From contig OZ330105.1 of the NCBI GenBank assembly GCA_976940595.1, positions 2,046,001-2,110,000 on the forward strand: 64,000 nt of DNA, in the 5' to 3' direction. Position 1 is the first letter of the stretch, and every line of letters starts with the position of its first letter. This document shows positions 24,453 to 36,630 of the stretch, piece by piece. The translations under genes were made by a program, and so were the position numbers. Origin of the DNA: Empusa pennicornis (lineage: Eukaryota). A model generated the notes under the pieces. The model made no database searches. It was not told where the DNA came from and was given only the letters and a program-made list of their open reading frames with translations.

Positions 24453-25639
24453 TGCAGCGTGTGTAATGGAAGTTTAACTGTATTAACAAGTACATAGAAA
24501 ATATGTTTCTTTTTTATAAACATGGCCTTACAGTGTGTCCGAAGTTTTCAGTCCTAACACCAGGGATCGCAGTCAGAGTTACTCGCTTACAGTGTTTGAG
24601 AGGGGGAGATGGTCAGCTCCACAGGTTACAGGGTATTTAGCAACTTAAAAAATGTAACTGTAATGTCGGTGACCCTGGAGCCTTATAACATTTACTTAAT
24701 CTTAATTTACAAGCTACACATAAAATATACAAAGTTTAAATGTCTAACACTCACCTTAATTGTCGTGTAGCGCCCGTTTCAGGTATAAACACACTGGTTC
24801 TACCTCTCAGCGTGGACGCAGTACAAAGAATACAGATACTACGACGTATTTAAAGGGGCTTAAACAGTAAACGACTCTTTGCATCAGCAAGAGTAATTTA
24901 GAGCGCGTTCAACAATGCACATACGGTCGGCACATTCCTGACTTACCGTTGAGCCGTTGGTGGCCAAATGGTTACACCCATACTTCCTGTTAATACAGTG
25001 ATAGATTTAATATAAAATGACTAATGATTATGCTACAATACCAAACAAACATTAGTTTTAAAATTAAATTACTTTATTGTTTCTTAAAATACTGCCCTAG
25101 CACTTTAAAATTCATGTAACCAGGCCTTAGCAATGATGGCAGCCTACCTGAGTCAGTTCAGAAACTATTTGTCTTAAATAATCATAAAATGTTAACTGTG
25201 GTGGAAGGTCAGTAATGGAGACCTGGAAGTTTCAAAATTTTGCGGTAATTTTAAGAAACAATACAATTCTTTCGACACAGGATCTGTTTGAAAGACCCTC
25301 CCATCCAATTCATTTTTCATCTCAGAATGATAACAAATACAATATTCACCACTATCAGTGGCTCCGTGGAATTTTCCAAACGTTTTCTGCACCAATCAAT
25401 CTATTAAAGCTTTCTCACGTCTGTGGATGTATAATGTTTTAGAGTCGAATGCTACAATCACCTTTGTTACGCGCATACATTTATATGATTTTCGTGAAGT
25501 ATTCATGCAACATTGGCAATATTTTCATCAACAGCAGAAGTTCTTAAGTATCATTCCTGAACTTATATGAAGTAGCTTCCTCAGTTGCATTTCAAACTCC
25601 GTTTTAAAATAGTTAGGCGTTAATGGTCACAACAGAAAT

Positions 25640-28600
25640 TGCAGTGAGTGAGGTGCTCTGTGTCCTGTATCCTCCTGCGGTTCCTCACTTCTGTCCTTTC
25701 TCCTGCAACTGGTAGCTAAAATACAGCCATGTAGGTCTATGTGTGTGAAGTGTCCCTGTGGCCTGTAGTCTCCTGTGGCTTCTTCACTTGATCCCTTCTC
25801 CTGGAAGTGGTAGCAACAATAGATCTGTGTAGATCACAGCGTGTCAGATTTGTCTGTGGTCTGTAGCCTGCTGTGGCTCCTTCACTTGATCCCTTTCCCC
25901 TGGGAGTGGTAGCTATAATAGATGTATGTAGGTGTCAGTGTGTGAAGTGTCCCTGTGACCTGTAGCCTCCTGTGGATCCTTCACTCGATCCCTTCCCCCT
26001 GGGAGTGGTAGCTGCAATAGATGTATGTAGGTGTCAATGTGTGAAGTGTCCCTGTGACCTGTAGCCTCCTGTGGCTCCTTCACTCGATCCCTCCTCCCGG
26101 GAGTGGTAGCTACAATAGATATATGTAGGTCTCAGTGTGAGGTATCTCTGTGGCCTGTAGCCTCCCGTGGCTCCTTCACTCGATCCCTCCTCCCGGGAGT
26201 GGTAGCTACAATAGATGTATGTAGGTGTCAGTGTGTGAAGTGTCCCTGTGACCTGTAGCCTCCTGTGGCTCCTTCACTCGATCCCTCCTCCCGGGAGTGA
26301 AAGCTACAATAGATGTATGTAGGTGTCAGTGTGTGAAGTGTCCCTGTGACCTGTAGCCTCCTGTGGCTCCTTCACTCGATCCCTCCTCCTGGGAGTGGTA
26401 GCTACAATAGATATATGTAGGTCTCAGTGTGAGGTATCTCTGTGGCCTGTAGCCTCCTGTGGCTCCTTCACTCGATCCCTCCTCCCGGGAGTGGTAGCTA
26501 CAATAGATGTATGTAGGTGTCAGTGTGTGAAGTGTCCTTGTGACCTGTAGCCTCCTGTGGCTCCTTCACTCGATCCCTCCTCCCGGAAGTGGTAGCTACA
26601 ATAGATGTATGTAGGTGTCAGTGTGTGAAGTGTCCCTGTGACCTGTAGCCTCCTGTGGCTCCTTCACTCGATCCCTCCTCCCGGGAGTGGTAGCTACAAT
26701 AGATGCATGTAGGTGTCAGTGTGTGAAGTGTCCCTGTGACCTGTAGCCTCCTGTGGCTCCTTCACTCGATCCCTCCTCCTGGGAGTGGTAGCTACAATAG
26801 ATATATGTAGGTCTCAGTGTGAGGTATCTCTGTGGCCTGTAGCCTCCTGTGGCTCCTTCACTCGATCCCTCCTCCCGGGAGTGGTAGCTACAATAGATGC
26901 ATGTAGGTGTCAGTGTGTGAAGTGTCCCTGTGACCTGTAGCCTCCTGTGGCTCCTTCACTCGATCCCTCCTCCCGGGAGTGGTAGCTACAATAGATGTAT
27001 GTAGGTCTCAGTGTGAGGTATCTCTGTGGCCTGTAGCCTCCTGTGGCTCCTTCACTCGATCCCTCCTCCCGGGAGTGGTAGCTACAATAGATGTATGTAG
27101 GTGTCAGTGTGTGAAGTGTCCTTGTGACCTGTAGCCTCCTGTGGTTCCTTCACTCGATCCCTCCTCCCGGAAGTGGTAGCTACAATAGATGTATGTAGGT
27201 GTCAGTGTGTGAAATGTCCCTGTGACCTGTAGCCTCCTGTGGCTCCTTCACTCGATCCCTCCTCCCGGGAGTGGTAGCTACAATAGATGTATGTAGGTGT
27301 CAGTGTGTGAAGTGTCCCTGTGACCTGTAGCCTCCTGTGGCTCCTTCACTCGATCCCTCCTCCTGGGAGTGGTAGCTACAATAGATATATGTAGGTCTCA
27401 GTGTGAGGTATCTCTGTGGCCTGTAGCCTCCTGTGGCTCCTTCACTCGATCCCTCCTCCCGGGAGTGGTAGCTACAATAGATGTATGTAGGTGTCAGTGT
27501 GTGAAGTGTCCTTGTGACCTGTAGCCTCCTGTGGCTCCTTCACTCGATCCCTCCTCCCGGAAGTGGTAGCTACAATAGATGTATGTAGGTGTCAGTGTGT
27601 GAAGTGTCCCTGTGACCTGTAGCCTCCTGTGGCTCCTTCACTCGATCCCTCCTCCCGGGAGTGGTAGCTACAATAGATGCATGTAGGTGTCAGTGTGTGA
27701 AGTGTCCCTGTGACCTGTAGCCTCCTGTGGCTCCTTCACTCGATCCCTCCTCCTGGGAGTGGTAGCTACAATAGATATATGTAGGTCTCAGTGTGAGGTA
27801 TCTCTGTGGCCTGTAGCCTCCTGTGGCTCCTTCACTCGATCCCTCCTCCCGGGAGTGGTAGCTACAATAGATGCATGTAGGTGTCAGTGTGTGAAGTGTC
27901 CCTGTGACCTGTAGCCTCCTGTGGCTCCTTCACTCGATCCCTCCTCCCGGGAGTGGTAGCTACAATAGATGTATGTAGGTCTCAGTGTGAGGTATCTCTG
28001 TGGCCTGTAGCCTCCTGTGGCTCCTTCACTCGATCCCTCCTCCCGGGAGTGGTAGCTACAATAGATGTATGTAGGTGTCAGTGTGTGAAGTGTCCTTGTG
28101 ACCTGTAGCCTCCTGTGGTTCCTTCACTCGATCCCTCCTCCCGGAAGTGGTAGCTACAATAGATGTATGTAGGTGTCAGTGTGTGAAGTGTCCCTGTGAC
28201 CTGTAGCCTCCTGTGGCTCCTTCACTCGATCCCTCCTCCCGGGAGTGGTAGCTACAATAGATGCATGTAGGTGTCAGTGTGTGAAGTGTCCCTGTGACCT
28301 GTAGCCTCCTGTGGCTCCTTCACTCGATCCCTCCTCCTGGGAGTGGTAGCTACAATAGATATATGTAGGTCTCAGTGTGAGGTATCTCTGTGGCCTGTAG
28401 CCTCCTGTGGCTCCTTCACTCGATCCCTCCTCCCGGGAGTGGTAGCTACAATAGATGTATGTAGGTGTCAGTGTGTCAAGTGTCCTTGTGACCTGTAGCC
28501 TCCTGTGGCTCCTTCACTCGATCCCTCCTCCCGGGAGTGGTAGCTACAATAGATGTATGTAGGTGTCAGTGTGTGAAGTGTCCCTGTGACCTGTAGCCTC

Positions 28601-29150
28601 CTGTGGTTCCTTCACTCGATCCCTCCTCCCGGGAGTGGTAGCTACAATAGATGTATGTAGGTGTCAGTGTGTGAAGTGTCCCTGTGACCTGTAGCCTCCT
28701 GTGGCTCCTTCACTTGACCCTGCTCCTGCCCCAGAGGTAACCGCAATGCCTAGATGTAGGTCTCAGTGTGAGGTATCTCTGTGGCCTGTAGCCTCCTGTG
28801 GCTCCTTCACTCGATCCCTCCTCCCGGGAGTGGTAGCTACAATAGATGTATGTAGATGTCAGTGTGTGAAGTGTCCCTGTGACCTGTAGCCTCCTGTGGC
28901 TCCTTCACTTGACCCTGCTCCTGCCCCAGAGGTAACCGCAATGCCTAGATGTAGGTCTCAGTGTGAGGTATCTCTGTGGCCTGTAGCCTCCTGTGGCTCC
29001 TTCACTCGATCCCTTCCCCCTGGGATTGGTAGCTACAATAGATCTATGTAGGTCACGGTGTGTGAAGCGTCCCTGTGACCTGTAGCCTCCTGTGGCTCCT
29101 TCACTTGACCCTGCTCCTGCCCCAGAGGTAACCGCAATGCCTAGATCCAG
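25640..29150. repeat. Minisatellite, 98-bp (A) and 96-bp (B) units, ~35 copies, with higher-order structure
   Basis: A unit GTGTCAGTGTGTGAAGTGTCCCTGTGACCTGTAGCCTCCTGTGGCTCCTTCACTCGATCCCTCCTCCCGGGAGTGGTAGCTACAATAGATGTATGTAG. B variant begins GTCTCAGTGTGAGGTATCTCTGTGG. Degenerate left edge; a C variant occurs at the right edge. Confidence 0.97.
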
Positions 29151-29867
29151 GTCGCCTGCCGTGCACACCGAGTATCAGTTTACATAGGTAGCGGGTCATT
29201 ACACGAGGGAGCGAGACCAGTTAATGGAAGCGATAAACTATTATTCTGTAACGACGATTTCGGTTTCAAATTTCCGTTACGTAAATGCAAGTGCTCGTTG
29301 TTTTTAATTGCGGTCGTTAATTTACGATCCTTAACTGAGTTTCATGAGCCAAGAGTATAAATAACTCATAATGTCCGCGACCTTACTTTGCACTGCGGCC
29401 CTCATTTATTGCCATATTTTATGACGTAACGTTAACATTAACAAGAATTTGGTGATACTACCAAACACATAAATTGTGTCTGACTAAACAAAATGCGACT
29501 GTACGCTTAACGTTTATTACAGGTGCGTTCGGATGTGAAATTTGGTTATATACAAGGTTCCAATAAATGCCCGGGTTTTTGTGTCACAGGCATTGCTTGT
29601 GTGTACACTGATGGGCATAAAATGTGGTTATTCGTTGAGTCAAGTTTTCACGGCTACAGCAATTTGGGAAACCTACGCCTCCAGTAAGACTGATAGCATG
29701 TGCATGCTTGACACACTCGAAATTATGATTGCTGATGCAAGGATGTAAAGTCCCTATAACTAGGTCACAGGGGCGTATTCTTTGTAATGTTTCCGTAGAG
29801 TCACTGTATACTACACAACAGTCAAGTATGGTAAAGGGGTGGGCCCTTGGAAAATACTGAACTTATA

Positions 29868-30845
29868 CGAGGTGGGTTTGTAAAGTAACTATCGTATAAA
29901 AAAATTAAAACAGTTTGTTTTCCAAGCCAGTTTTATTTTTATATGAAAGGTCACACCTTAAAATGTTTCTTTACACTTGTCGTAGCAATTGATCAGTTTT
30001 TCTGTACCTTCTTCATAGAAACTTGCCATCAGTAATGATAGCCACGACTCTACAGCATTTTTTACCTGATCATCAGATACAAAGCGCTTGCCGTGTAGCT
30101 CTCGCTTCATGTGCATGAACAAGTGGTAGTCAGATGGCGCCAAGTCCGGGCTGTACTGCTCTCAATAGAAGTGTTTGAGCGTCTCCAGCAACACAAGTAT
30201 TCTTCTCTGTTTGTTTTGAACAGCACGCCGTAGTTTTCTTAAAGTCTCTGAATATTAATGGTTTCACCTCTGGAAAGAAATTGACTAAGAAAAAACTCCT
30301 TTCTTATCACAGAACACAGTGCACATGCTTTCTTGTACTGACATTGTTTTGTGTGACTCCACTCCATTGATTGTTGTTTGGAGGTTGGCGTGACGTGACG
30401 AACCCAAATTTCATCATCTGTTACAATTTGGTTTATAAAGTCCTCACTGTACCGTTGAGGAATTTCAAAGCACTGCCAAGGCTCTTGGTTTTATGAACAT
30501 CACTGAGCGTTTATAACACCAAACGTGAATATAGCCTAAGACCTATGCGGTCTGTAACAATTTCGTAAAAACAGTTCATGAAATTTGCGGAAATTCGTCT
30601 GAAGGCGTTCTCCTGGATTTATTCAACAATTTTCTTTGCCAACTCAACAATATCAACAGAAAGCCGACCACTCCCAGCCTCAGCGTGATCTTGTTCCGTC
30701 CTTGTGCACATAAAAAAGAAAACACAACGTAGAGAAACCAAAATGGCCTCAGTTGAGACCAGTGAACAAGGTGAACCAGTGAGCTTGCGCGAAATCCCGA
30801 CCGAGCGCTAGTAAGATACAGTACTTACTTTCCGTATACGCCTCG
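29868..30845 (-). mobile_element. Degraded, deleted mariner
   Basis: TA|CGAGGTGGGTTTGTAAAGTAA ... TTACTTTCCGTATACGCCTCG|TA; ORF piece APSDYHLFMHMKRELHGKRF..FYEEG..CYDKC. Confidence 0.88.
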
Positions 30846-31395
30846 TAATGTCAACTTTGGTATTTAAGTAACTTCTTCTGATATGCTGACACACACAGGA
30901 ACCATGTTATTTTTGTGTATTCACATTCGAATGAACAGAGAGTAAAAATGTTGCGAAAGCGTTTACAAGACGACCTCCTGTAATAAAGCGCGCCGTCGTG
31001 AGGAAAACCGTGCACAGCTAGTTAGAAAACCCTGATTTATTAGCCGTTATTAGCGAGAGAGCCGGGGCTAATATAAAAAGGGCTCAAAAACAAATTCATA
31101 CTTGTCATAGGAATGTTGAGCGGCAGAAAATCTGCCTCGCGTTTTGAAGGCAAACAAATTGCCGAGTTAACTGCGTAATCTTGGGTACAGCACAATTAAC
31201 GGCATGCCTTAATCAATCCAAATTAAGTACAGGGCACGGCCGATTTCCCTGCTCCAGGTTTTAATGGAACTAGTGCATAAGAAACAACTGACTGCCGTTT
31301 CCATGGAAACCATACTGTGTAGTGCTTCATGCTAAAAATGAATACATCCAAATTAATCCTAGAACACATACGGGTGCGTAGGCACCCCTAATATA

Positions 31396-32564
31396 CCAGG
31401 GTGGTCCCAAAAGTTTCCGACCTAATAAAGACTTGTAACTCTACACACTTCTCCCATCTCTGTAACCCGTCCAAATAATACTCGGCGTTTTTCTCTGCAA
31501 AATAATTGTTCACGAAGTTGATTGCCTCTTCATTTGACGAAAATCTCTGTCCTCCGAGCGCAATTTTCAGATAAGGGAACAAAAAGATGTCGCTTGGGGC
31601 TAGATCTGGTGAGTAAGGCGGATGGTCAAGCAGTTCAAACCGTAATTCGTGGATTTGTCTTGGTGGAACAGGATTTTCTTTTTCTGCAAATGTGGCCGTT
31701 TTCCCACAAGTTCTGCTTTCAGCTTGTCAAGTAGTGATGCGTAGTATGCTCCTGTAATGGTTTTTCCTTTTTGAAGATTATCAATTAAAATAACTCCATG
31801 ACTATCCCAAAAGCAGTCGCCATCACTTTCCCAGCCGGAAAAAAAAGAAAAGTATTTCCTTTTGTTGGAACCGGTTTCCCGTTTGCAGTCCACTGTTTGG
31901 ATTTTATTTTTGTTTCGGGCGTATAATGGTGTATCCAAGTTTCATTTACAGTAATTAATCGGTGCCAAAACTCGGATTTATTGCGCCTAAACTGCGGCAA
32001 CAGAGCGTTGGAAATGTTCATTCAAACACGTTTTTGGTCTAACGTGAGCAAACGCGGCACCCAACGCGCGGACAGCTTTCTCATGTCTAAATGTTGATTT
32101 AATATGTGACAAACACGTTCTTTTGACATGTTCATAGCCTCTGCTATCTCTCTCACTTTAATTTGGCGGTCGTCTAGCACCATTTGGTGAACTTTGGCGA
32201 TGATTTCGTCGGTAGTTGCAGTTTTCGGACGTCCCAAAAGTTCATCGTCTCCCAAGCTCTTACGGCCACGTTTAAACTCAGCTGCCCAAAATATCACTGA
32301 TGGTGCAGAGTCCCCATACACAGAATCCAAGTCATCTTTGATTTGCGTAGGCGCATTGCCTTTCAAAAGCAAATATTTAATGACAACTCGATACTCGATT
32401 TTGTCCGTTTTCATAAAAAACACACAACTCACTCAAACGACTGTCCAAAATGGCTGAAACTTTGGTGAGTAGCTGTCAACAGATGAACAACGAAATGCAC
32501 TAGCTTTTAATTACGAGTGCTGCCATCTTCAATTTCAGGTCGGAAAATGTTCAGACCACCCTCG
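31396..32564 (-). mobile_element. Near-full-length mariner pseudogene
   Basis: TIR-like AGGGTGGTCCCAAAAGTTTCCGACCT / AGGTCGGAAAATGTTCAGACCACCCT. ORF pieces KIEYRVVIKYL..LSARWVPRLLT, ITVNETWIHHYTPETK and FWDSHGVILID..ILFHQD. Confidence 0.92.
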
Positions 32565-32767
32565 TTTCACTAAGTGCCGTTCGTCGCTGTACTTTCTTAA
32601 TCCGACCACAGTGGGGTGCGTGGTGTTGGGCTTTACAGGTAGCTAGAGTTTTGTGTCTCTGCATTGCTGTGGCGTTACTCTTGCATACGTTTCTGTTTAG
32701 TTCTTCCAGAGAGACATTTGTGTTTAAGTTGAAACTTAGAATTAACAATTTCAAAGTAACTGAAGTA

Positions 32768-34089
32768 CGAGGCATGTTTTTTAAGTCGTACCGTTTTGGA
32801 ATTAAAAAAAGACGTGCATAGATATCGCAATAATTTTATTTTTACATGAAATCCTGTACCTTAATCTACTTTTCTACATAATTTCCGTGAATATTGAGGC
32901 ACTTGTCATAATGTGGCACCAGTTTTTGAATACCCCCCTCATAAAATTCTGCCGCCTGACGTGTTAACCACTGTATCACAACTGTTTTGACGTCGTTATC
33001 GTCTTGAAGACGCTGACCGCCCAGATGTTTCTTCAAGCGCAGGAACAAATGGTAGTCGCTGGGCGCCTGTATGGAGGATGATCTAGAGTTTCCCATTGAA
33101 AAGATTTGATGAGATATTTGGTCCGATTAGCCACATGTGGACGGGCATTGTCATGCAGCAAAACGATGCCCTTACTCAACTTGCCACGTCGTTTGTTCTG
33201 GATTGCACGGCGCAGATTGTTCAATGTCTCACAATAAGACGCTGCATTGATTGTCTCATTACGAGGCAGAAACTCCACTAGCAATACTCCTTTGCTGTCC
33301 CAAAAAACTGTGCACATGATTTTCCGGGCAGAAATTGTTTGCTTAAACTTCACTTTTGTGGGTGATGATGAATGTCGCCATTCCATGGATTGTTGTTTCG
33401 ATTCTGGTGTGACGTAGACCACCCATGTATTGTCACCAGTAACAATTTGGTCTAAAAAATCTTCACCTTCATTGTGGTACCGCTCAAGGAAAGTCAATGC
33501 ACTGCCTAAACGTTGGGTTTTGTGCAAATCCGTCAACATTTTCGGAACCCAACGTGAACACAATTTCCGGTACTTCAAGTTCTCGGTCACAATGCGATAC
33601 AAAACACTACGAGGATATTGAGGAAAATAGTCGCACAATGATGAAATTGTAAAGCGTCTGTTTTCTCTCACCTTTTCGTCCACTTTCTGCACCAAATCTT
33701 CATTAACGACCGAAGGACGCACACTGCGTTCTTCATCATCCAAATTTGTGCGGCCATTTTTAAATGCTCTCACCCATTTCCTTACCATTCCATCACTCAT
33801 AATGTTTTGTCCGTAAACTTCACAGATCTCACGATGAATATCGATCGGTTTTACGCCTTTAGCACTAAGAAATCGTATAACAGCCCGTACTTCACAATCG
33901 GCGGGACTCACGATTGTCGGAGGCATCTTAAACACTCAGTAAACAACGTATACAATGAAGAATCAGACTGTAATAGTGTCAGTGCGTAGACAAGAGATGT
34001 AGGTAACCAGCGCGCATGCGCGGAACGGCGACCGTAGCGCTGCGGCGGCGGCATCGCAAAACGGTACTGACTTAAAAAAACATTCCGGG
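32768..34089 (-). mobile_element. Full-length mariner (young family), same family as 50136-51449
   Basis: TIRs CGAGGCATGTTTTTTAAGTC(A)GTACCGTTT, TA TSD, length ~1.32 kb. Confidence 0.97.
32866..33935 (-). pseudogene. Mariner DD34D transposase, one frameshift near the C-terminus
   Basis: 300-aa ORF with HTH, WVPKML, VTGDNTWV and LLHDNARPH. After HPPY it continues in another frame as APSDYHLF..YDKCLNIHGNYVEK; the SPDL motif is disrupted. Confidence 0.93.
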
Positions 34090-34797
34090 TAAATTATTGA
34101 AAATGTTCAGCGATTGAAGATGAAGTCCAACGAGCACTGAAAACTAAGAAACAGGGAAGACACACATAAAGTGTACGAAATTTGGGAATTTCTCTCCCAA
34201 GATTTGGCGTTACTGGAGTGTCTCACTGACGATGGAGAGTGTAGAGAGCTGACCGAGTCAAGTGACTTGTTTTAATAACGAGGCTCGCTGTCTTGTAAGG
34301 AATCTGCATACACATCCAACAAAATGAGAAGACGTGATTAAGGACGTGGCCAGGGAGAAGAACGTCGGGATAAAACAAAGTGCAATGTTTGACGTCACAA
34401 TGCTTTTGGTCTGACTTCCTGTAGGACAAAATATACAAACTGTTCTTACGGAGTAATAACATACGAGGGGTGTTCGTAAAATGTATAACTTTATTTTTAC
34501 ACACAAGGGCATAACTTAAACTATGTTTCTACATAATTTCCGCCAACGTTCAAACACGTGTCGTAGCGGGTGATCAGCTTTTCTACACCTTCTCCATAGA
34601 AACTTGCCACCAGTGATGATAGCCACGACTCCACAGTATGTTTCACTTCATGAGCAAGTGGTAGTCAGACGGCGCCAATTCCGGGCTGTAGTGGTCCTAA
34701 CGAAACTGTTTGAGTGTCACCAGCAACACAAGTATTCCTCTCCGTTTATTTTCAATAGCACACCGTAGTTTTCTTAAAGTCTCACAATATCGTGACG

Positions 34798-35032
34798 GTT
34801 GTAGTGTTTAACGCCCGTTTCTACTACTGTTGGCACCACAGGCGGTGACACTGATGATACATGAACACGGAGCACCGGTGGAATGAGATGGCGGGGGAAA
34901 CCGGAGGATCCGGAGAAAACCCGCCCCAGCGCCGTTTTGTCCACTACAAATCCCACATGCAGTCGCTTGGAATCGAACCCGGTCTGCTTTGGTGAGAGGC
35001 GAATGGTCTAACCACTCGGCCACGGCGCGGCC
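34798..35032 (-). mobile_element. tRNA-derived SINE, major family
   Basis: Consensus match; TSD AATATCGTGAC / AAAATCGTGAC. Confidence 0.93.
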
Positions 35033-35097
35033 GAAAAAATCGTGACACATTAATGGTTCCATCTCTGGGAAGAAATTCAGTAAGTAAACACCTTTCA

Positions 35098-35300
35098 GGC
35101 CGCGCCGTGGCCGAGTGGTTAGACCATTCCTCTTTGACCAAAGCGGACCGGGTTCGATTCCAGGCGACCGCATGTGGGGTTTGTGGCGGACAAAACGTCG
35201 GGTTCCCCCGCCATCTCATTCCACTGTTGCTCTATGCTCATCAATCATCGGTGTCACCGCCTGTGGTGCCAATAGTAGTAAAACGGGCGTTAAACACTAC
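35098..35300 (+). mobile_element. tRNA-derived SINE, major family (core deletion)
   Basis: Consensus match; degenerate TSD AGTAAACACCTTTC / AGCAAAAACCCCTTTC. Confidence 0.92.
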
Positions 35301-36468
35301 AGCAAAAACCCCTTTCCCATCCCAGAATACAGTACACATGATTTTTAGTGCTAGCGTTGTGTCTTGTTCTTCGTTTTTTTGGAGAATGAGTGTGTCTCCA
35401 CTCCATTGGCTGTTGTTTGGATTCTGGTGTGATATGGCGATCTCAAATTTCATCAACTGTCACAATTTGACTTAAAAATTCCTCCCCCTTTTCGCAGTAT
35501 TGCGTGAAGAGTCATGAACCACTGTCAAATCTGTCGGTTTTGTGAACATCACTGAGTATTTCTGGCACCCAACGGGAACACACGCCTTGTGATGCTTTTC
35601 GTTGTGAAGCGCCTGTTCTCATGGATTTTTCACCAACTTTCTTTACCAAATCATCGTTGACAACAGAAGGCCGGCCACTCCAAGCATTATAGTGACATAA
35701 ATTCACCATTAAAAGTTCTAACTCACTTCCTCATCATTTCAACACTCAATTCGTGTTCACCGCAAATAAAATCCATGAATCTTAAGGTCCACATCAGTAA
35801 TTTAAATGTGCACAGCTAACAGAAAACACAACGTAGAGCAACGAAAATGGTATAAGTTGAGAATCAGTGAACAAAGAAATATAGTGAGAATCCGCCTCGT
35901 TATAGTACTGAATGGAGATGGAGAGATCCCTGGTTCAATTCCATTGATTTTGTTTGTCTATTTCTTTGTTTGCTTTTCAGTCTCACTCTCTGCTACACAG
36001 GGCTTAAGTGATGAAATTTGGAATACTCTTACAAAATCTTATGGTTTTGTCTTACGTTTTGTTAATACAAATAACATTTAATTGCACATTACTTTGTAGG
36101 ATAGAGTGACAGTCATATTTTTAAATCGATATCGAACGTTCTACGTATGGGCATAAGAAACAATCAGATTTCTATATTTATTGTGTTAAAACCATTCTTA
36201 CAAAATATTACTGCTCTTTTTACGTATCCGGACCACAAACAATTTGAGAAAAATATAGGAATTGGAGAATTTAAACCAGTAACTAGGAATACCGTAAAAG
36301 GCTTGACCCCTAAAAATGAATGAATGTGTTTAACGAGATATATTTTTGACGGTGAGATTTTGTCTATCTCATGCATGATAATCAATACGAGTTTAGACGA
36401 GTATTTAATTTATCCAATGAAATGTATTATCCGGGATTTTTGGCCGTGGTCGATAGACTAAGATAACG

Positions 36469-36509
36469 CTTAACGTTTCGCCCGTCTCTCCGCCGGGCAT
36501 CTTCAGAAG
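36469..36509 (-). ncRNA. Minimal type I hammerhead ribozyme motif (Penelope-type)
   Basis: Minus strand: CTT-CTGAAGA-T-GCCCG(GCGGAGAGA)CGGGC-GAAA-CG-TT-AAG. It has the core CUGANGA/GAAA, a perfect 5-bp stem II, a palindromic ACGU stem III, a GUU cleavage triplet and a CUU/AAG stem I. Confidence 0.8.
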
Positions 36510-36547
36510 TAGTCGACTCGGGCTACAGCAGCCCCAGCCGCTACGTG

Positions 36548-36604
36548 ATTGGCGGATGCTCAACCAATGAGATCAAGTGGGCGGTCCCTCGCCCGGCTAT
36601 ATAA
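36548..36604 (+). promoter_or_regulatory. Pol II promoter-like cluster (reverse CCAAT, CCAAT, GC box, TATA)
   Basis: ATTGG 36548-36552, CCAAT 36564-36568, GGGCGG 36579-36584, TATATAA 36598-36604. Confidence 0.55.
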
Positions 36605-36630
36605 CTGAGGGCGTTTGGTGCGAACGCCAC

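Larger units (their letters stand above)
34464..35880 (-). mobile_element. Degraded mariner carrying two SINE insertions
   Basis: TA|CGAGGGGTGTTCG end; remnants LAPSDYHL, KIMCTVFWDGKGV, CSRWVPEILSDVHK and SGRPSVVNDDLV. Confidence 0.85.

Noticed and set aside
23548..24495. 315-aa poly-Asn ORF and overlapping poly-Leu/Tyr/Ile ORFs
   Set aside because: Translation artefacts of a trinucleotide microsatellite.
33033..33935. Host SETMAR-like gene or active transposase
   Set aside because: Lies between TIRs, has no SET domain, and is frameshifted before the third catalytic Asp.
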